Assembly (NCBI RefSeq): GCF_025643275.1
Contig: NZ_CP089977.1
Coordinates: forward strand, 2,010,001-2,042,000
Length of the DNA stretch: 32,000 nucleotides
From: Moraxella nasicaprae
Lineage (GTDB): Bacteria > Pseudomonadota > Gammaproteobacteria > Pseudomonadales > Moraxellaceae
Direction of reading: 5' to 3'
Shown here: positions 28,638 to 32,000 of the stretch, one piece after another
How positions within the stretch are numbered: position 1 is the stretch's first letter
How the letters are laid out: every line of letters starts with the position of its first letter
Translations under genes and position numbers: made by a program
Notes under the pieces: model-generated
The model's database searches: none
Seen by the model: the letters and a program-made list of their open reading frames with translations, nothing else
Told to the model about the DNA's origin: nothing

Positions 28638-29140
28638 ATAATCTTGGGTCTCTAGCACGGAAGAAAATTGGGAAGATGCTAATGAGAATTAGGATAAGAA
28701 GATTTATTCTTATAACAGCCATACTAATTATTCCCAGTTATTATCTGCTAAGCATGTATACCAGAGGATTGGATATAAGAAAGGATTCTATTTTGGGTGA
28801 AGCAATAGCGGATATCCCTTTCAAATATAATCCATCTAGGAATCTAGCAGTAACTCAATCAATTTCCATAAAAAATGGCAAATTGGTACATTATGTATAT
28901 ATTTTCAAATTTCATGGTGTATTTTATAATAAGAAACTTATTTTCAGCTTCAAGGGGGATGCTACATGCGGTGATTATAATTCAGAAAATGTTAATTCAT
29001 GGATAAATTGGCATGGTGATAGCAAATTAAAAATCAATATTAACAGCAATACGTTACAGAAAGTGTTAATAAAGGAAGAGAATTATGATAATGTTCAAAT
29101 TGATTACTTATATTATTTCGAATCCTGTAATAGGATATAG
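28634..29140 (+). CDS. Hypothetical membrane-anchored protein (168 aa), possible orphan immunity or accessory protein
   Basis: Track ORF. Basic N-terminus, one TM helix (RRFILITAILIIPSYYLLSMY), then a roughly 120-aa N/K/I/Y-rich domain. Extremely AT-rich and coupled by ATGA to micro-ORF 3. I recognise no family. Confidence 0.55.
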   Translation: MNNLGSLARKKIGKMLMRIRIRRFILITAILIIPSYYLLSMYTRGLDIRKDSILGEAIADIPFKYNPSRNLAVTQSISIKNGKLVHYVYIFKFHGVFYNKKLIFSFKGDATCGDYNSENVNSWINWHGDSKLKININSNTLQKVLIKEENYDNVQIDYLYYFESCNRI

Positions 29141-29212
29141 CACGTATAATGTGTATACATAATATTATTAAAATAGCCCGTAGATACCATCTCCCAACCC
29201 CAAAGTCAAACC

Positions 29213-29362
29213 CTAAATTGCCTGAATTTGTGGTTGGTAGGGTTTTTGGTGCTTAACCACACCAAAACAGATTTGTACCAATTTACGCATACAAGCATAT
29301 AGTACGGCAGGATGTGTGTCACACACCATTAATTTAAGCTGTTTTAGGATTGTGTTGCACGC
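29213..29362 (-). pseudogene. IS110-family transposase, C-terminal remnant (5'-truncated)
   Basis: The C-terminal 49 aa of the minus track ORF 29213..29539 read ..NTILKQLKLMVCDTHPAVLYACMRKLVQICFGVVKHQKPYQPQIQAI*. This resembles the conserved IS110/IS1111-type C-terminus (..NP.LK.FY.RL...GK..KVALVACMRKLL...FGVLK...P..) as I remember it. The rest of that ORF is antisense to the cdiA repeat and is not real coding sequence. Confidence 0.5.
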
Positions 29363-29383
29363 ACTACCACATGCTATGCCAAC

Positions 29384-30229
29384 ACCACAAACAGCCAAAA
29401 CAGCAGTAAAGGTTGGGGCGTGGGTATCTATGCCAGCACTCAGATAGGTGGTGGTCAATCCAATCACGGCTTTACCATCAATGCCAACAAAGCAAAAGGC
29501 AATAGTACTGAAACAACCACCACCCACACCAATACCCAAGTCACTGTTGGCGGTACAACCATCAATGACATTGGTGGCAATCTTATCCTAGATGGTGCCA
29601 ATCTTGATACCAAGCACCTAACTGGTACAGTTGGCGGTGATTTGATTGTCAAAAGCCGTCAAGACACCTATCAATACACCCATGATCAAAAACAAGCAGG
29701 ATTTAGTGCCGATGTTGGCTTTAATGGCAAACCCCAAAGCATAAGCATCAATGGTGGTAAAACCGATGTAGATGCCGATTATGCCCAAGTCACCCGCCAA
29801 TCAGGCATCAAAGCCAAAGAGTCCACCCTAATCGTACAAGGACAAGGTAAGTTTACTGGTGGCTATCTCATCACCGATGCCGGTAAAAACCAAACCCAGT
29901 TTGCCCAAGGTATCCAAACCCAAGACATTCACAACCATCTAGATTATGAAGGTGATGCCATCAGTGTCGGCATTGGTATTGGTGTAGACACCAGCAATCC
30001 AAATGGCAAAGCAAAACCTGCCCTACAAGGCCTAGGCTATGGTAAAATAGACCCAACTCATAAAACCAGTACCACCCATTCTGCCATCACAGACCAAGCA
30101 GGGCTTAGCCATATTAATACAGACAACTTCAAACAAGCAGAAGTTCAACATGAGCTTAACCAAATCATCACCAATGATTTTAATAAAGAGCAAGTGCTTA
30201 AAGAGTTAAATGCTCAGGTGAATATTACT
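29384..30229 (+). repeat. Direct repeat copy 2 (846 bp), the 5' part of the orphan cdiA-CT
   Basis: See copy 1 (25990-26835). Confidence 0.95.
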
Positions 30230-31483
30230 CAAGCATTTGATGCTGAACGCCGTGCCATTAGAAGTGAATTTGCTAAAAAAGCAGAAGACCATCGCAAACA
30301 AGCAGAAAGGCTATCAGATGACGACCCAAGAAAGACAGAGCTTGTACAAGAGGCCCAAAAGATTGAACAAAACCTAAGACTCTTCGATGGCATCACCTCT
30401 GCCTTGTATGCTCCTAATTCAAATGGTATTATAGGTGATGTGGCAAGAGCAGCAAGCCCAGAGCTTGCTTATCGGATTGGTCAAGAATTTAAAGAAAACA
30501 AAGCCCTAAACCAAACAGACAATGGTAACAGACCAGAAGAGCAATCAGCCAATCATCTACTGGCTCATGCCATACTTGGTGCTGCCACAAGCTATGCCAC
30601 AGGTAATGACATCGCCACAGGTGCCGTCTCTGCGGTAAGCAATGAGGCTGTCGCCCCAGTATTGTCAAATTACCTATATGGCACCAAAGAAACAAAAACA
30701 CTTAGCCAAGAACAAAAAGACACCATCACAAGCATTCTAAACCTAGCCACTGCTACAACCATCTACACAGCAACTGATGGCAGCACCACTGATGCAGTAA
30801 GTGGGGCTGAGATTGGGAAGGTTGGGGTGGAGTGGAATGCGGATACTATACGTCTAGATGGCAAAGATGCTCATGATAGAGTATTTGAAGCAGAAGCTAA
30901 ACGATTGTTTCCTAATAATCCTGAGTTGCAGCAGCAATATATTGCTCAACAAAATAAAAAAATTGGTGAAATTAGTTTAGCAATCATAATGACCGCTGTG
31001 CCAACCGAAATTTATGAGGTTGCACCAATCGGCAAAGGGTTTGGTATTATTGCAAAGGGAAGCAAGAAAGTTGTTGGTCTTTTTAAGAGCAAAGGAGATG
31101 CTGAAAAGGTATTGGAAGGAGCCAAGAAGCAATCTAAAGCTGATAACAACATATATAGAGATGATAGTTATGGCTATACTTGGTCGCAAGGAAGACCGCG
31201 AGATTTTAATCGAAATTTAGCCACTCACTGGAATAAGCATAAGCATGAATTTCCCGAGTTTCGGTCTCAAAACGATTATTATAGATTTGCAAGAAATTTT
31301 GTTGACAATCCTCCTGCTGGAACTCTAACTAAGGTTAGAGCTAATGGAGATATGGTATTTTATCAACCGTCAACAAATACTTTTGCTATCAAGGATAAAA
31401 GTGGTAGCATTATGACGCTATTTAAACCTGATGTTACAAAACATAAGTATGCTACAAATTTGGAGTATTTTCATGCACAATAG
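29420..31483 (+). CDS. cdiA: Orphan cdiA-CT: 5'-truncated CdiA C-terminal fragment carrying an alternative pretoxin region and toxin
   Basis: The frame is open from 29348 (stop at 29345-29347) with no credible start or RBS, no signal peptide and no TPS domain. The track start at 29420 is an internal GTG. The first 282 aa are identical to CdiA aa 1948-2229. The sequence then diverges (QAFDAERRAIRSEF...), reaches a DUF637/PT-like region (ANHLLAHAILGAATSYATG...) ending in VEWN (30827-30838), and finishes with a 214-aa distinct C-terminus. Confidence 0.85.
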   Translation: MGIYASTQIGGGQSNHGFTINANKAKGNSTETTTTHTNTQVTVGGTTINDIGGNLILDGANLDTKHLTGTVGGDLIVKSRQDTYQYTHDQKQAGFSADVGFNGKPQSISINGGKTDVDADYAQVTRQSGIKAKESTLIVQGQGKFTGGYLITDAGKNQTQFAQGIQTQDIHNHLDYEGDAISVGIGIGVDTSNPNGKAKPALQGLGYGKIDPTHKTSTTHSAITDQAGLSHINTDNFKQAEVQHELNQIITNDFNKEQVLKELNAQVNITQAFDAERRAIRSEFAKKAEDHRKQAERLSDDDPRKTELVQEAQKIEQNLRLFDGITSALYAPNSNGIIGDVARAASPELAYRIGQEFKENKALNQTDNGNRPEEQSANHLLAHAILGAATSYATGNDIATGAVSAVSNEAVAPVLSNYLYGTKETKTLSQEQKDTITSILNLATATTIYTATDGSTTDAVSGAEIGKVGVEWNADTIRLDGKDAHDRVFEAEAKRLFPNNPELQQQYIAQQNKKIGEISLAIIMTAVPTEIYEVAPIGKGFGIIAKGSKKVVGLFKSKGDAEKVLEGAKKQSKADNNIYRDDSYGYTWSQGRPRDFNRNLATHWNKHKHEFPEFRSQNDYYRFARNFVDNPPAGTLTKVRANGDMVFYQPSTNTFAIKDKSGSIMTLFKPDVTKHKYATNLEYFHAQ

Positions 31484-31718
31484 CAATAAATTCAATAGCT
31501 GTAAGATATGTGGTTACTATGAAAGCGGTTGGTTTCCATGGGGTGTTGATGGTAGAACGCCATCTTTTGATATTTGCCCCCAATGTAATGTGCAGTTTGG
31601 CTATGAAGATTGTAACGATGAGGCTATAAAAAGTTATAGAAAAGTTTATGAAGAGATGATTAAATATGACCAAAATAAGAAAAATTTCCATACCTATATC
31701 CATGGATGCTCTAAATAG
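31473..31718 (+). CDS. cdiI: Candidate immunity protein (cdiI) for the orphan toxin; small zinc-ribbon, CPCC-like cysteine-rich protein (81 aa)
   Basis: The ATG at 31473 overlaps the last codons of the orphan cdiA-CT. GGAG at 31462-31465 sits 7 nt upstream. The protein MHNSNKFNSCKICGYYESGWFPWGVDGRTPSFDICPQCNVQFGYEDCND... has a CxxC...CxxC pair. The track start at 31431 is probably over-extended. Confidence 0.65.
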   Translation: MHNSNKFNSCKICGYYESGWFPWGVDGRTPSFDICPQCNVQFGYEDCNDEAIKSYRKVYEEMIKYDQNKKNFHTYIHGCSK

Positions 31719-31792
31719 ATTAAATTACAATATCTGCGAAACCCAATAAAATCAATGGGTTGCATAATAATGATGGGTTACGCTATCGCTAA

Positions 31793-32000
31793 CCCAGCCT
31801 ACGGGCTGAAAAGAAATGTGAAGAACATGTTCAAAAATACGATAAAATTTCTGCAGAGCAAGACGAGGACTTACGTAAAACTTGTTCAAGCAATCCAAAT
31901 AATGTTGAGTGCCATCGTATGATGGAAGAGGCTTTGGAGTATGTGGGACGGAACAGAAATCATTATGGAAAGGCAAGCGATATCCAAGATTCGACCAAAA
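31793..32000 (+). pseudogene. Possible further orphan toxin fragment, open to the window end
   Basis: A frame is open from 31793 to the window end with no start codon at its beginning. My translation is PSLRAEKKCEEHVQKYDKISAEQDEDLRKTCSSNPNNVECHRMMEEALEYVGRNRNHYGKASDIQDSTK. This charged, helical, Cys-paired composition resembles the segment just after VQWN in the primary CdiA-CT (..CVSQRCAEITREIKVLEDLSKQRDKAFDKAYTDCRAGKDC..). Confidence 0.3.

Noticed and set aside
29213-29539. The 108-aa minus-strand ORF taken as an intact gene
   Set aside because: Its N-terminal half is antisense to the cdiA repeat, and the same antisense stretch exists at copy 1. Only the C-terminal 49 aa or so look like real former coding sequence (the IS110-type remnant).
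31752-31976. The 74-aa minus-strand ORF (…QPVGWVSDSVTHHYYATH)
   Set aside because: Its C-terminal end is simply the translation of the REP-like element, and the rest is antisense to the more plausible plus-strand toxin-like frame. It has no RBS.
1-32000. Search for CRISPR arrays, rRNA and tRNA genes, and integrase or att sites flanking the island
   Set aside because: I saw no regularly spaced short repeats and no tRNA-like conserved T-loop or acceptor structure in the few intergenic regions (notably 17383-18061). There is no integrase-like ORF. The only mobile-element trace is the IS110-like fragment.

Overview
A 32-kb chromosomal segment, roughly 40-45% GC by eye. The protein sequences look Moraxellaceae-like, but that is an inference I cannot verify here. 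Positions 1-17.4 kb hold ordinary housekeeping genes on both strands: a SotB-like MFS exporter, ppa, lipB, pncB, a GT2 glycosyltransferase, xseB, a DASS/SLC13 permease, a CysB-like LysR regulator, ampG, prmC, an ABC1/UbiB-type kinase, a GTPase/DUF3482-like protein, pgk, a small acidic lipoprotein, class II fba and ruvA. Several clear rho-independent terminators separate them. Positions 17.4-32 kb are an accessory island carrying a contact-dependent inhibition (CDI) / two-partner secretion system. A ShlB/FhaC-type transporter (cdiB, minus strand) is transcribed divergently from a 2628-aa CdiA/TpsA exoprotein. After cdiA comes a very AT-rich stretch with no conventional cdiI. It holds three successive modules, each a homologous toxin 3' tail coupled to a 32-40 codon single-transmembrane micro-ORF, and then a membrane-anchored 168-aa ORF. 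Next are an IS110-like transposase 3' remnant and a 5'-truncated orphan cdiA-CT. The orphan shares an 846-bp direct repeat with the main cdiA but ends in a different toxin, followed by a zinc-ribbon immunity candidate. A probable further toxin fragment runs off the window end. I saw no rRNA, tRNA or CRISPR array.
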